A DNA stretch of 63,496 nucleotides, counting the filler, from Rhabdomonas costata (taxonomy: Eukaryota): NCBI GenBank assembly GCA_019059605.1. It is 41 parts of 41 records of this genome, joined end to end, with 100 filler letters (N's around TTAATTAATTAA, not from the genome) between each part and the next. Parts side by side here need not be neighbours in the genome. Positions count along the whole stretch, not along the records: positions 23,280 to 24,728 come from JAHMHO010015595.1; positions 24,829 to 26,279 come from JAHMHO010015596.1; positions 26,380 to 27,830 come from JAHMHO010015597.1; positions 27,931 to 29,382 come from JAHMHO010015598.1; positions 29,483 to 30,932 come from JAHMHO010015599.1; positions 31,033 to 32,483 come from JAHMHO010015600.1; positions 32,584 to 34,034 come from JAHMHO010015601.1; positions 34,135 to 35,585 come from JAHMHO010015602.1; 33 more parts are not named here. One strand, given 5' to 3'. The translations under genes and the position numbers were made by a program. The notes beneath the pieces are model-generated. The model did no database searches and had not been told where the DNA came from. It saw only the letters and a list, made by a program, of their open reading frames with translations. Positions 24,403 through 38,786 of this stretch are shown here, piece by piece. The first letter of the stretch is position 1. Every line of letters begins with the position of its first letter.

Positions 24403-24558
24403 CTGCCGTGCAGGGTACTGAGCCCTGAGGAGATGCGGAAGCTTGGCGAGCGGTTGTCCAAGTCCCCCACCCGCACTCGGCCGGAGGTCTTTGCGGAGCC
24501 TAAGAAGACTACCGCCGCCGAGCTGGCGAAATTTTACGAGCGAAACTATGACCGCCCG
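24403..24558 (+). CDS. Internal exon of an unknown protein
   Basis: AG/GT-bounded 156-nt frame LPCRVLSPEEMRKLGERLSKSP...ELAKFYERNYDRP with coding-like composition. Confidence 0.5.
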
Positions 24559-27500
24559 GTTTGAGAGTAAGAGTGAGAGCGGGAGAGAGGAAAAGCCAAT
24601 GGCACATTGAATGTATGGAAACCGTCGTGAGGAAATGCAGAACACGGATTCCGCGAGTACACGCACGCACGCACGCACAGAGACAAAAAACGTAACCACC
24701 TCAACAGGCAATTTGCAAAAAAAAACAANNNNNNNNNNNNNNNNNNNNNNNNNNNNNNNNNNNNNNNNNNNNTTAATTAATTAANNNNNNNNNNNNNNNN
24801 NNNNNNNNNNNNNNNNNNNNNNNNNNNNGGTGTTTGGTCTCCTGCGTAGGTGCGGCCGTGTGAATGGGACTGTCACCGTTGACTATGATATGCCGGTAAA
24901 GGGAACCATCATCCAACACCAACTCATCATCAAAACCCTCAAAAAGATGTTTTCACCGTTGATATCGACTTTAATACCAAAGCGAAAATAAACCACCAGA
25001 CCTGAGCAAAATGCCTCATGCATGCAAGATATCCCCATGTAACCCAAATGTGGGATGCGCCCCATTAGAAAGTAAGGCTCCGCGCAAATTCCGTACGGAT
25101 GGATAAGTAAGAGAGAATGAAAATGATGCATCTTACATGCTCCTACGGCCTGCTTCGCGTGATTATGGTAGATGCCGGAGAATGCGTGTACCCATATGTG
25201 CCATGATACGCAACTCATGCTTCGTGCCCTTTCTTTTTGGTGGTCCTCTCGGTCGTCTGCTCCATACATGTGGTGTTTCATGCAATCCACCACCATAATA
25301 TGCTAAGAAGATGAAGATGAAGATGCAAAGGGGTGCTGATACCTCCTACTACGGCATGTCGCTACGAACCATGCCGTGATGTAAGTGCCCCGCATGATTT
25401 ATTGACTCCCTGCCTGAGTTAGAAGAAGAAGAGTAAGAAGAGAGAAGATGCTTTGATGTCTGTCGCTGGTGCATATGCCAAACCTGCAAGTGTTTATACG
25501 GAATCTATGGACACCATGAAACTCTCGGACATTAACTATCTTAACCCAACGCGTGACAGAGATACATGCAACGGAACCCATGGAAACAATGAAACCATTT
25601 GACCCAAAGCAGAACAACAAACCCCGGCAAGAAAAGCACACCTTTAGCGACCCAAACCTCCTCACACCTGGCACCACAGTTTTAACGTCGGCGCCAGAGA
25701 CCACCAGGATCAATCCTGCACTCAACCAACGACCGTAAACGCAACGCAAAACCCTACCCCTATGCACCACTGAAGAACAAAAAACCTGGGCTGATGGGTA
25801 AAAGGACCTATGGACAAAAATAACCACGCTTAGCTACAACGCAACCAACCCCAAAAGCCCTAATCCACATCAGCCAACCTCCGCACATCCTCCTCCGCCC
25901 CATGCAACCCAAAACCACCGATCCACAACACGGTTGGAATCCATGAAACGCCTACCCACATCACAAGGAACACCTGCACAAATACCAGCACAAATACGGC
26001 GTTTAATTACACATTACAGAACCAATCAATATAGAAACACTCAAGGACACCAAAGGAGAACCAAGAAACACCAATGAATAAGAAAAAGCACCAATGTATG
26101 AGAGGACATCCGAAGAAACACACACGAGAACAGAACCCAGCACCTAAACCATATCACCTTGTACCACACGAGCACCGAATACCCCCCGACGCAACATACA
26201 TCACACAGCCCACATCTAATTCCACACTCAACCCACCACACCACATCCATACGCCAGATTGACAAGCAACAACACACACNNNNNNNNNNNNNNNNNNNNN
26301 NNNNNNNNNNNNNNNNNNNNNNNTTAATTAATTAANNNNNNNNNNNNNNNNNNNNNNNNNNNNNNNNNNNNNNNNNNNNTTGTGTTGGGTCCGGGCTTCG
26401 GAGGCAAGCTGGAGGCGGCGAAAGGAAGGATGCCGGGGGTAACCACACAGCAGAACAGGAGAAGCGAAGGAAGGAAAGGGAAAAACAAAAAAGAGAAGCC
26501 TGGAAAAACCTGAAAAGGGGAAAGAGCAGGGAGGTAAAGCTGGACGTCACGGGAACACTGTTTCTGGAAGAACGAACCGACCTCAATGTGGAAAATAAAC
26601 TGGATGCGCCTTAACTTCAAGCAAAAAAACCGGCAACCCGCGGGGGCAGCTAGAACCGTTTGTCTGCTTACCGGGGCTCGAAACTTCGTAGCTACAGAAT
26701 ACCTTTTATGTGCAGAAGCACAGAAAAACGCTTCGGGTTTCCAAAGGCACTGACAAAAACGTGTGCGGAGGCTTTGTGATCACACACGGGAAGAAAGCAC
26801 GGGACACGAGACCTCCTTCCCAACCTATCCAGCCCAGCTGCAAAATGTCGAAATGCAGCAGTCCATAAATCGGAACTACTACTATCACAGGGACTATCTC
26901 CGCCAACACCAACGCATGCGGGAGCTACTCCTACAAAGCGGATGGCAACTACGCCGCCAACACAGGACTGTCTGCTTGCATTTCCAGGAATCTCTCAAAC
27001 TAATCACCGACCGCAGAGTAAGCCACGGGCGGTCGGCGTGGAGGAGATAACTCACCCGGCCAAGAAGCTGGGAAGAGGGGGGGGGAGATGAGCGTTGAAG
27101 CGGATTAGAGGAAAACAGGAGGGGGTTCCCGGCCTTGCTGAAGGTTGCTCAAGGTTGGCAGGGCTATCTTACAATAAGCGGGTCAGAGAGACAATTTTTG
27201 GACAGGAAGTGTGGCATAGGGTTCTTTTCAGCAAAAGAAGGTCTCCAACAGGACCTAGAGGGATGAAGTCTGACTGCAAAAGAGAAAGACAAGGCCCCTG
27301 GTATTAAAGGGCAATGTCCTTCCAGTCTTGTCCTCCCCGCGCCTCGCTTGATGCAATTACCCAGCAAGAAAGGAAGGAAGAAAATGACAGTGCAGCAACG
27401 AGGGGGCAATGAAGAGAGTGGGAGGCACCTGTCTGAAGGATACGGGCTAAGAAGGCAAAGGAATATAGAAGCCGCAGGACGCATTCCCACAACGAAAGGT

Positions 27501-29482
27501 GCCACAGGGTTACGGGGTGCGGAATATCGAGCTCCAAGGAAAACTTGAAAACCAGGGAGGAGGCAGAGGCAATCCAAGGAGGCTGTGCCCATGCGTAGGA
27601 GGAAATAGGGTTTGATGAAAACAGAGAAGAGGCGCCTTCACTCCAAGTGCTGGTGAGGAAGTTTCCCACCATAGTGTACATCCCTGTTGTGGCAGGCCTG
27701 GGCCCACCTTACAGGGGGGAGCCAGCATTGAAAAGCAACAATGGGGAAGGGGGACAGAGGCTGAGGGGTTTAGAAACGAATCTTATGACACCCGGGAGGA
27801 CTCCGAAAGAAGGAAAGATGACAACAACACNNNNNNNNNNNNNNNNNNNNNNNNNNNNNNNNNNNNNNNNNNNNTTAATTAATTAANNNNNNNNNNNNNN
27901 NNNNNNNNNNNNNNNNNNNNNNNNNNNNNNTTTTTGTGGTTACGCTCTGCCGTAAATAGTTTTCGTTATTTCTGCTGCGATTACTGGCTTGCGGTTCTGA
28001 TGGAGTTGTTGTGGTGAGGTTTGATGCTTGCCGCCAAAGATACTCTTTAGACTGAGTACACCTGCGGAATCTTGATGAAGAAAAGCGGGTATCCATGCGT
28101 CGATGGTTATAGAAAAACTCAGGTGATCACGCAAAAGTACCATGCAAGAACCACACGCCACTCGTATTTGACACGACCGTGGCTTGCCAGCTCAGCTGCC
28201 ACAACACAAAAGTGCCCTGAACACGCCCAACTATGGAGCTTTATACACCACCACAATAAGCGCGACCGTAACTCCAACTACGATTCTAAAAGCTCCACAT
28301 CCCCACACCCGACCAGAACATCAGCGTCAACGTCACTGCTGGCGCATGTAGAACACCACAACTCAAGCCTTTTCAGTCACGAACCGAGTCATTTGTCACA
28401 ATCAGTGCGCTTCCTGCGATGCAACCGTGAAATGAAAACTATCCAGTGCACCACAGTTGAGCTTACAGTGACGGCGAAATTCAACATTTTTTGGTAAGCA
28501 ACAAACATCGCAAACCTAATGATCTAATAGCACTAACGAATTTAAATGTGAACACAAAAATTATTAGATGGCACAATTCTATGCCCCCCACACCCATTAA
28601 GTCCTCACCAGAAAACGGCTGGGAACATGTTGGAGATTGAGCCACCTGAAACTGGTGACATCAAGTGTGCTGGGATCACACCCCGACACAGAATTAAGTT
28701 GTTTGGATGCTTATTGACATTTGAATCCTCTGAGACGATTCCAGCAGTTCCGATAAGCCTGCTAAAGGTCTTCATAAAAAATCACCCACAGTTCGTGGTG
28801 GGTCTGAAGGCGTGTTAAGGCCAGTTGGATGCACCTGGAAAGTATTTTTAGCAACGACAAAAATGGAGGAAAAGCTGGAAGTTGAATTAGAAAAAACCCG
28901 CAGCAAACTGAAAAGGCATAACGAGACGCCATTTTTGGGAAACACACTTTGCAAGATGCATCCGTGCACTCAAAAGTCACATTGGGCAACACACGAGCTG
29001 CAGCACTACGCAAACCATCACCCGGAAACGTGCCGCTGAGAAGCTCTAAAAATGAACAGGCACGGAAAATTACCGATTTGGATGATGAAAACCGACCACA
29101 AAAAAAAAACACAGCCTTCAACATGTAAAATGCACCAGGGTTTCCAAGCAGAAGCGACGGAAGAAGGAGAAGGAGAAGAGAAAGAACAACAAAACCATCA
29201 GCCAGCACCCATCCACGACGCCATCCACAACCATGGGGTGGGTCGTGGTGCTCGCTCTCGTGCCGTCTCTGGTCATCGTTCTCCCCGGGGCGTCAAGCTC
29301 CATGTGTTAGCGCCTGTTCTGACCGTGCTGCACGACATGGTTGTGGCGGTGAGGAGTGGTTCCATGAGCATACCCCACAAAANNNNNNNNNNNNNNNNNN
29401 NNNNNNNNNNNNNNNNNNNNNNNNNNTTAATTAATTAANNNNNNNNNNNNNNNNNNNNNNNNNNNNNNNNNNNNNNNNNNNN

Positions 29483-30800
29483 GTACGCCCCCTCCCCCAG
29501 CCGCTTCAACAGGACGTACTCGTTGACGGTCCTGCGGTCCTCACTGTATGTTACAAAAACCCACCGATACCAACGATTTCGCATACCCACTCTTCTCGCA
29601 CTTACTCCTTGTAGTGCTCCTAACGGGTGGTATCGCCCACAATAACAGGGTAACGGTGGCTGTTGCTCAGACCTCTATGTAAGCACGGTGTCATCAAGGT
29701 TGCGTGCGTGGTTTATCAGTGGCCATGTGTGGTGAAGTCAGACGGCGCCCATTTGCAAAGCGTTTCGTGTTCCGGGTATGGTGTTCCTTGATTCGAAGAC
29801 ACCACGCCTGACCACAGGATCGGGAGAGTGAGTTCTCACAGAGGTGGATGATGACGTTTCTGGCATGAAATATAAGCCATACACAGAGACCCGCACACCT
29901 TTACTCACCTTGAAGTCAAACACCTCACACACACACTTGGGCACACCTGTCTGTCCCGATCTTGACGACGGGGGACAGCGCGATCTTCATCGGCTGACTC
30001 TGAGCAAAAAGGCGCACAGCTAACTTCACCGAACGCGCTGCATACAGAGAACCGGAGAGCAAGTGGCACTCAACCAAAAACCCGGAAATGCACTGAACAG
30101 CTTTACCGTACACTGGAGCAACGAAATCCAACTATTATCCCCTCTTCGTACATCCACGAATTCATCGCTCACATTACATCATTTCCTTATGCCCCCGTAT
30201 CGCTCCTTCATTTCTGTCGTCGTGCTTCGCAGGCCATCCCCGAGAGGTGACAATGGCAACGGCAACGGTAACGGCAACCCCCACAGCATTGGACCACCTC
30301 CAAAGCTGTGAGATATCCGAGCCCTAGCTCGGCAGCCCCACTAGTTCGATTTGCGGCGCTGTGTGGTTTACCCCAGTAAAGAAATAACCGACGAAGAAGC
30401 GGCCATTCCGGCGTTTTGGTGCCGGACTGCGCCCCAGCTATTTATCTCGGTGGCGTGCACGGCTTCTCTAATTCGCAATTAAATCGGCATACATGATCCA
30501 AGTCAGGTCAAAAGTGAGTACTCACAGAAGCCCAAAACTAACAGGAAAAAGGGCACCGTTAGCAGCAAAAACGTGCCGTTTTTTTTTTAGACCCCCAACC
30601 TAAAAGGCCGAAATGGTAAACTATAAGATACACCAAGTAAAAAATTCTTACTTTTGAGGTGACGCGGGCAATACATACACTAACCCATTTGAAACAAAAC
30701 CTTCAAATTGCAAATGGAAAACAACAACACCAGAGTCCCCAAGCCACGTGCCCCATACCTCCGAGCTGCTGCCATAGTTCACTGAAGCGGAGCACCCCAT
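29483..30800 (-). CDS. N-acylated protein kinase, CAMKK-like; first three exons (30800-30759, 29999-29947, 29543-29483)
   Basis: Spliced MGCSASVNYGSSSE/SQPMKIALSPVVKIGTD/SEDRRTVNEYVLLKRLGEGAY has an MGCxxS acylation motif and a CAMKK-like VNEY...LGxGxY subdomain I. Both introns are GT-AG and in phase. Confidence 0.75.
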
Positions 30801-32603
30801 CGCTGCGCAGCTGCCCACCTGGCCTCGGGCTGTGGCGGGCCCGCGTTCGACGAGATGGACCTCACGAGCGCCGGGACGATCAGAGAGGTGGTGACAAAAA
30901 AGTACACCCACAAAAGCACACACCACAAACACNNNNNNNNNNNNNNNNNNNNNNNNNNNNNNNNNNNNNNNNNNNNTTAATTAATTAANNNNNNNNNNNN
31001 NNNNNNNNNNNNNNNNNNNNNNNNNNNNNNNNGTTGGGTGTTCCCAAGATAGCTGGCATCGTTCCTTTGTTGCCTGCGCTCCGTAAACCTGAGAGTTTTT
31101 CCTGACGAAAGTTGTGCACCATCGTGCTGGGTTCCCCCTCGGTATTCTCTCCACACGCCGTCTTCCTTTTGGTTGGTCCCGGAGCCCTCTCCTAGCTCAC
31201 ATTTTTGTGCAGACCACACTCTCACCACTTCCAACAGCAGCCACGGTACCCACTCCAACATGAACCCCACTTAGGAACCCCAGACACCGCAACGCCAACA
31301 TCAGACGCCAAGAACGCAAACCCCAGACCCACAACGCGGAGACCCCCACAGCGACACCAGCCATCGCCTAGACCCAAGATCACCTAAGATATCCCGTTGC
31401 TGCGTACCACCACGGATAGGTGTGAAGTAAGTATAAATACACTCAGGAACCTCAGCAACCATAATAAACCTCCTGCCTTGAATCGTTTGACAACTCCCAA
31501 AAGAAACTGATGAGAACTCTTTCGAACTGTTGAATAATACGTGCTCCTAAGTGTTAACTTCTAAAAATAGTGATTGGTATCTTTGCCTGAACGCCCTTGG
31601 TGTGGGATTAGTGTGAGGATAGCGGTGAAGACGTTACGGTAACTGCAGTCCACGAAAATGAGGGTGGTACTTGTTTTTGCTTCTTTGAGAAAAATTGGCT
31701 TCAATTTCGCAAAGCAAAACGTCTCTACAGTGATTAAATATGGAACAGGACGTGTGTGTGAGATCAGGAGATTGATTGAACCTATGACAACTTGGTCTTT
31801 TGGTGAGAGTTGGTGCAAACGGGACGGTGCATCGGTTATTGAGGTGTACAGTCTGTATTGATGGGCGCCATATGTCGGAGAATGAGACTGCAGTAAGCTC
31901 CGACACCACGCGGTTCACATTGTACACCGGTGAGAGCCACCAGTGAGAGCCACCAGACAAAACACCGCTCCACGTGACACACAGTCCGCTGCTCTGCCAC
32001 CGCAAGGATCACCATAGCAATGTTCCCCAGCCCGCTTTCGCCAGCGCTCTTTAGAGATCTGGGGCTCTCGGGCCGTACTGCCTTCCAGAGGCGCGCGAAT
32101 TCCAGAGCTTCGCCAGCCTCAGATGCTCTCTCAGACTTGAATAGGGTGCACGTGGGCCTTTGGGACCAACAGCACCCACATACACCAAGACAGTACGCGA
32201 AATGCCCCTTCTCCGTCAGGCTCACATCTACAATGGGTAGCTGCAGAACGTTCTGCACTGCTTCGCCGTAGCAGGTCGGTAGCAAAGGCAACATCTCCCT
32301 TATCAACCGCTGCACCCACCCCCCACCACCCCCACCGATCCCCCCTACTTTCGCTTTGGATCTATGCGCCATTCCCGCAATTTGACCTCTTTCCCCCTGT
32401 GGGTCCGCAGTCATAACCTAGCAGAACTGTAGGGGCATTTCATTTTGTTCTAGTCCTTTCCACAAAATCACACAACAAAAAACNNNNNNNNNNNNNNNNN
32501 NNNNNNNNNNNNNNNNNNNNNNNNNNNTTAATTAATTAANNNNNNNNNNNNNNNNNNNNNNNNNNNNNNNNNNNNNNNNNNNNGGGGGTGGTTTTACTCT
32601 CAG

Positions 32604-32755
32604 CTACGGCCCTATATTCGCGGGGGATGGCCATGGACAGTCTGTGTTCCCATCCAATTGGAGGGGCGTTCCTTCTGCGCGCCACCCGAGCCTTCTCGCA
32701 CGGCGTACTTCAATGAGGTCTACGGGAAGGGCTATCTCACCCCGGACCACCGGTG
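32604..32755 (+). CDS. LicD/fukutin-related family protein, C-terminal exon
   Basis: VPIQLEGRSFCAPPEPSRTAYFNEVYGKGYLTPD fits the (F/L)EGxxFxxP...Y(L/F)xxxYGxxxxxP pattern. AG/GT bounded. Confidence 0.55.
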
Positions 32756-35700
32756 GTGAGGCCCCCACAGACACGCTCTCGTTTTAGTTCCGATTGGCGA
32801 GACAGCTTTTTGCTTGTCCGATGGAAACTGGGCTCACCTTCGCTGGGGGCTTCCACGGGTCAGGTGATTCACCGATGCGAGCGAGCCTGTTCGCTTGAAG
32901 ACTGCAGAGCAGGGAAGTGAGTCACATCGGTCTGGACTGCGGTGGTGTTATCCGAGGAATCCAGCAGTGGGAGGATTGTCCTTCCCGGACCACCGTGACT
33001 ATTCTGGCAAGGCCGGCCCAGTTGCTCACCGATATTGTTGCGTTCAACTCCTCATTGGCTCCCCTGTGCCCTGTAGGGCGCCTTTGCCTTGTCGCTTGTG
33101 AAATGACTCCTGCGTCGATGAAATTTGTGGGCGGACCTATCGGACTGCGAGGACGTTAGGAACGTGAGCACATAATTGAAATGTATGTGCGTTGCGGTCC
33201 TCCCAGTGCAACAGATAGGAGGAGAGAGGGAGTATTTCATTTCCATCTCAACTGTTTTTTCCTCCGTATCCTCAATCGGGGTTGGTTCTTGCAAGGGTTG
33301 CAAGGATTTTGTTCCCAAGGCGCTGTTTGGGCAAATGCCTGAACCTGTGTGTGCTCACTGAAGCTGTATTTCGCTCATAACGCCCCCTCCTACCTAAATC
33401 TGTCCATTTCGTTTGAAGCAAGTTGGATCAATATATGCTTTCTTTTGAAACGCGTGAATTTCCTTAAATGCAGTATTAATAGTTGTCTTTCACTGCCGTT
33501 TTTCGATGTTTGAGGTTGCGCTCGAGTTGCTTCGGTTTAAGAGTGCAGATTTCAAGGTGGGTTTTAGATGCCCCCAAAGCACACACATTCATACACAAAC
33601 AGAGCCCCAATAACACTGACCCCTGCATCCCTTGTCCACCAGGACTGTTTTTCTGCTGTGCCTGCGTGGTGTGTTTGAGCTCACTGCTTTCCCATCGCCG
33701 TTCGTCAACTCTGTGTAAGAAGGAGAGGCGGTGGTGGGTGGTGTCTTCCGTTCCCGTTCCCGGTCGGTCCCCCGCCACGGCTCCCACTATGCTGGGCTGG
33801 CTTAAGAACTGGCGCCCTCTGAGGCGCCAGAGGTCTGCCTCGGCGTCACGGTATGCGCTTCGGCTGTGGGACGTTTGTCTGTGATGGTCGGTAAAATTTG
33901 CTCTTTCTCGGTCGGGGTCCGGGGGAAAACCACAAACGATTGGAAACAAGAATTGGAAAATCACAAAGGTGTTTTGTGGACTTTAATTGTGGGTACCTTG
34001 AATGCGTGGTAAGAATGCCAGGTACCCACAAAACNNNNNNNNNNNNNNNNNNNNNNNNNNNNNNNNNNNNNNNNNNNNTTAATTAATTAANNNNNNNNNN
34101 NNNNNNNNNNNNNNNNNNNNNNNNNNNNNNNNNNGTGTTGGGTGTGGTTGGGTGTGTGTGGGACATATTTATTTCCATTTCAATATCCCCCTCGGCACCG
34201 CCCTCGCTCAACTTTTTGCATCGCAGTTTGGAAGCAAAGTAATTTTCCACTTTTTTCGGGGACAGAGAATAACATCCAAAGTGAGATAAAGTTACACGTA
34301 AAGAGAGAGAGAGAAAAGCAAGCTTCCATAAAGCGAGATTTTTCCACTCAAATGTATTGCTAGCTCATGGACAACTCGGCAATGCATTGGAGCGTACAGC
34401 GCAAAGCATTTATCACAGTCATCACAGTCGCTATATCCACGAACCTTAAACCACACTTTTGATCTCCTCCTCAACGCACACACCCGAGCTTCGGCAGAGA
34501 TCGTAGTGCGGGGGGCACTGGCCCGGCGGCGCCGAACGGGCTCAGCACTGGCGGTGGTTGCTGAGCGGGTTGTGGGGGCCTGGGCGCGCGTCCGCGTGGC
34601 GACGCCCCTGCTGCTGGGTCGCATGTTCTCGGGTTCCAGGTTGAAGAAAAAGAAGCACAAAAAACACAGAAAATGGAACTCACTTCTGAAAAAGAAGGAA
34701 GCGGTATGAAAATGCTCTACCACGCTTCCAAAGGAACGCCCGCGCATTAGGAATGAATACGATGGAGAGCAACGACCATCCCGATATCCGTTATCCAAAA
34801 CCCAAAAACGCGGGGCAGCGTTTAAGCAATTCGATGCCGACCCGAACACGGTGCACCTTTGTTGACAATGCAGTGGGGAGCGATTTAGGTCATGCAGCGT
34901 TACGGTATAATTCTGGCAGAAGGGTCCCACTACGTATGCGCTTGCTGCTTACGGTTACGAACAAAAATCTCATAGGGCCACACTTTTCCAAGATTTTACA
35001 TGAAGAGTGCACCAGCAATCCTGTAAACAGCAATCCTGTCACCGTAATCTCTCCTTCCTTACTGTTCTCGTGCTGAACCGTCTTGGATGTTAGCCTCTTC
35101 TCTGTCCCATGTGAAAAAGCAGAGGGAACGAACTGATAGTTCAAAAGTCCAAGAGCCAGGCGCACACAAGGACATAGAGTTGCCCCCCTCCCCGAAAAGA
35201 CTTTCTTTCAGTTCACACGTAGAAGACCTTTTCTAAACAACCCCTACCCCCTTCCAGATACACATCAATCCTGTCACAACTAAAATAACACCGGATCCAG
35301 CAAAAGACTCCATACCATTTGCTTGATTTTCTCAGGAATCTCAGGAATTTCACTGAGCAGTTGCAGCATGCTCCGCACGCTCGCCATTTTTCGCTGTGCT
35401 CGAAGCGGGCTCGTCCTCGGCTTCAAGCGGTCACGAACAGAAAAACATTGTGTACTTCACTGTTTCCGCCATATTGAAAACCACTTTTCTGAGTCACGCA
35501 GTACCATGGGATGGTACTGCCGTTTCCCGGGAGAAGAGACACTGCGCATCTACTGTCCCACAAACTCACAACATAACACAACCACNNNNNNNNNNNNNNN
35601 NNNNNNNNNNNNNNNNNNNNNNNNNNNNNTTAATTAATTAANNNNNNNNNNNNNNNNNNNNNNNNNNNNNNNNNNNNNNNNNNNNGTTGGTTGTTGAGCT

Positions 35701-36903
35701 GAACGTGAGCTTTAAAAGGAGAACTGGTGCAGGGAATACAGGCTCGAGTAAAATCCTGACAGAAGAGGAAGTCACACCCGTGCTAATTCGGTGAGGTCAA
35801 ACGCGGTCTTCCCAGGGGTGGAGCCAGGACCGGTCCCCCGGCGAATGGCAACGGGCCGGTTGGCAACCTTTCGACGGTAAACCGTGACAATGGCTTGGGC
35901 AAGCAGGCCCCCTGCCCCAAGCAGAGCAGAATGGGCCACAGGAAAGGCCAGCAGCGCCGCCAGGGCGGCTGCCGCCAGCACCAACACAGTCGGCAAGTAA
36001 AGCATTCTGCCTTTCTCAAGAGCACGTGTTTTGGTATGAAATGTGCAGTGGAGCGCAGTGATTCCTTGGTAGCTACTTATTGGGAGGTGGGGGTGGGGAG
36101 TGGGAGTAAGGAGTGAGTGTAGGAAAGTGAACTCCTTGCAAACAGAAAAGTACACTGCAGGCGGGCAGGGGACATTTGAACAAGAAAGGTTCCCTCACAG
36201 GGAAAATTCTGCAAAATCTGCGGTGGCGTTGCCTTGGTCTGAAAGGGTTCCGACATGGAAATACTATTAATAATATAATAAATATGTCCAAATCAACAGT
36301 TTCACACCGCAGCTTTCTCCATCCTTGCAGGGGATCCAGCGGTTTCCTGGAGCACGCCAGAATACATCAACATTGTCCAGCGGCCAGCGTCAGTCCTCCA
36401 AACAGAAAACAGCGGCACAGACCAAAAAACCAGAAAAAAGAGGCAGCAGGAAAAAGTTGGGATTGAAATCCACACATGCAGACATAGCATGTAGAGGAGA
36501 AGGCGGTTGGCAGGGGCGGGGGCAAGGTCTGCAGCATGTGGTGGGCAACTGAAGAAAATGGGTGGCGGTGGGACTGGGGCGGTAAGTGGAGATGTGAGCG
36601 CCTCCCGTTATGCCTTTTCACACCATACACATTTTGAGTGGGGAAAGTCTAAAAAGGGTAAACGCCACTCCCCTGAAGAGGCCAAATACACAGAAAGCAG
36701 AACTCCTGAGCCAAATCTTAGCCAAAACAAGGAAAGAGCGTAACGTCAGCCAAAAACAAAACAAAGCCCGGAAAAAGGAATACAAAATGTTGAAAGCGCA
36801 TCAAATACATCCCACTTCGCCACCAACGGCAGGTAGGGAACCCCATCTTCACAGACACTCAGGCTCCAAAACTGTCAAAGCAGAGCAGTCTGCATCCCAT
36901 TCC

Positions 36904-37125
36904 TTACAATGCCTCCACGGCCCTCGTTATCGCAGAGAAGGTCTTGTGCTGGTCGCACAGAGCGCGGAACTCCTCCCTAGACAGCACACGCCCGGCGTAC
37001 ACCTCCGCAAACACTGCATGCAAGTAGTCCAACACCGTCAGCTTCAGATCAACGTCACAGGGTCCCGATAAAACCTTCGGGGGCTCTGCAAAGAAGATCG
37101 TTACCTTCTTTGTGGCGTAGCCCAT
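36904..37125 (-). CDS. Probable terminal exon of an unknown protein
   Basis: GYATKKVTIFFAEPPKVLSGPCDVDLKLTVLDYLHAVFAEVY...RAVEAL-stop; protein-like composition, family not recognised. Confidence 0.4.
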   Translation of the reverse strand: MGYATKKVTIFFAEPPKVLSGPCDVDLKLTVLDYLHAVFAEVYAGRVLSREEFRALCDQHKTFSAITRAVEAL

Positions 37126-38786
37126 AACACACCACANNNNNNNNNNNNNNNNNNNNNNNNNNNNNNNNNNNNNNNNNNNNTTAATTAATTAANNNNNNNN
37201 NNNNNNNNNNNNNNNNNNNNNNNNNNNNNNNNNNNNCCATGCTCTGCCCCGGGGCCTCGGTGCCCTCCAGCGGGGCCTTGACCTGCTTCTTGTCCAGCCC
37301 ACTGCCGTACTTCTCCGTGTTCGAGATCTGCACCCCAGGGGGCTTCGCCTTCGCCAGCTCCGCACGCAGCGCATCCAACTGAAGCGACCGAAGAGATACC
37401 ATCACAAGGAAGCACCACAGGAGAGCAGAAGAGGATGACCATATATTCGCATTTTCAAGAAAACCGATTATTACTGAAAATTGTGAATGTGGAGCGAAAG
37501 CTCATTTGAGTGGGACGCCCTGGCACTGACCGCAAGGCAGGAACGGGACACCCCATGGAAATACAGTGAGTGCGGGGGAGCCCGTGAGCGGCCAAAACCG
37601 GGGAATCGGTACGTACGGATTTGCATCGGGTCCAAAAGAAAGACACAACGAATCAGACAAAGGCACCTCTCTCTCTCTCACTCCAAGAGTGCACACCTCA
37701 GTGGTGGCTGTGTGGAGGCTCACACGCGTTTTCTCAAGACGGCAGCTAACCTCCCGCGCCTGCTCCTCGATCTGCGTCATCCGCAGCCCCCCAATCCCGC
37801 AGAATTCTTGATTGATCATCAATCATTCACCCAGAAACGCCATGCAACTGCAACACATCTGCCTAAGGACATTCATAGAAGGCACATTTGCATCTTTTAT
37901 CCCTTTCTATTCTTCCACATACCCTAATTCCATCTCACTCTGTTTCACTCCATCTCGTCCCTCCTCTTCCTTGGTCTCTGTGCTCAGGTAATGCTGCGCC
38001 TCGGTGGCTCCCGCTTTTCTGCAATGTGTCCTTCTGCTGCGGAGAGACTCGCGCGAATCCGGGCAAAAGGATGGAACAACAATGCACTAGGAAGGTGGGC
38101 GGAAGAGAAGCGTACACCATAAGTAAAGATTCCGTACACATCTCAAAATATTTGCCTGCACGGATTTCAACACAACGAACTACATTTCACGTCGGTACAG
38201 ACGTACACTCTGAGGAAGGCGACGAGGCAGAATATAAGCAAAGGTAGACAACATTGCACCAAGTCATTTTTAATTGGCTGGATCGAGTTTTGGTGGTATC
38301 GGCAACCGTTTTTTTGTCAGTACGTCGGCTGTGGAACGCTGTTGCCGCGGACGATAACCTTTCTGAAATGTCTTGGCTTACAGGGAGCCCCACCCCCGAA
38401 AACCCTTTGTCCGATTTGTTCCTTGTTTCCAGTCCATAGATGTATCTCACTTGCAGCCGTCAACAGCAAAATGAGCGCACAGCCTGGGCGCAGTTTCTTC
38501 GGGGGACGGCGGCGGGTAGAAACTTTGACACTAGGTTTTTCCGCCAACTACAGAGAGAGCGGCTGCCAAATGAGTCATTGTGAAATCATCAGTCCGCACA
38601 CCTCCCCGCTATTGGACACACGCATACAAACATACACACTCACACACTTACTCAAAGTATACATAGGGTTGCCCCACCCCCACCCCNNNNNNNNNNNNNN
38701 NNNNNNNNNNNNNNNNNNNNNNNNNNNNNNTTAATTAATTAANNNNNNNNNNNNNNNNNNNNNNNNNNNNNNNNNNNNNNNNNNNN

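Noticed and set aside
34135-34162. G/T-rich contig ends as telomeres
   Set aside because: There is no fixed repeat unit such as TTAGGG, and the pattern matches degenerate amplification primers.
35484-35495. CTTTTCTGAGT resembling part of the euglenid spliced leader
   Set aside because: The match is too short, and the rest of the SL exon and its GT donor are absent.
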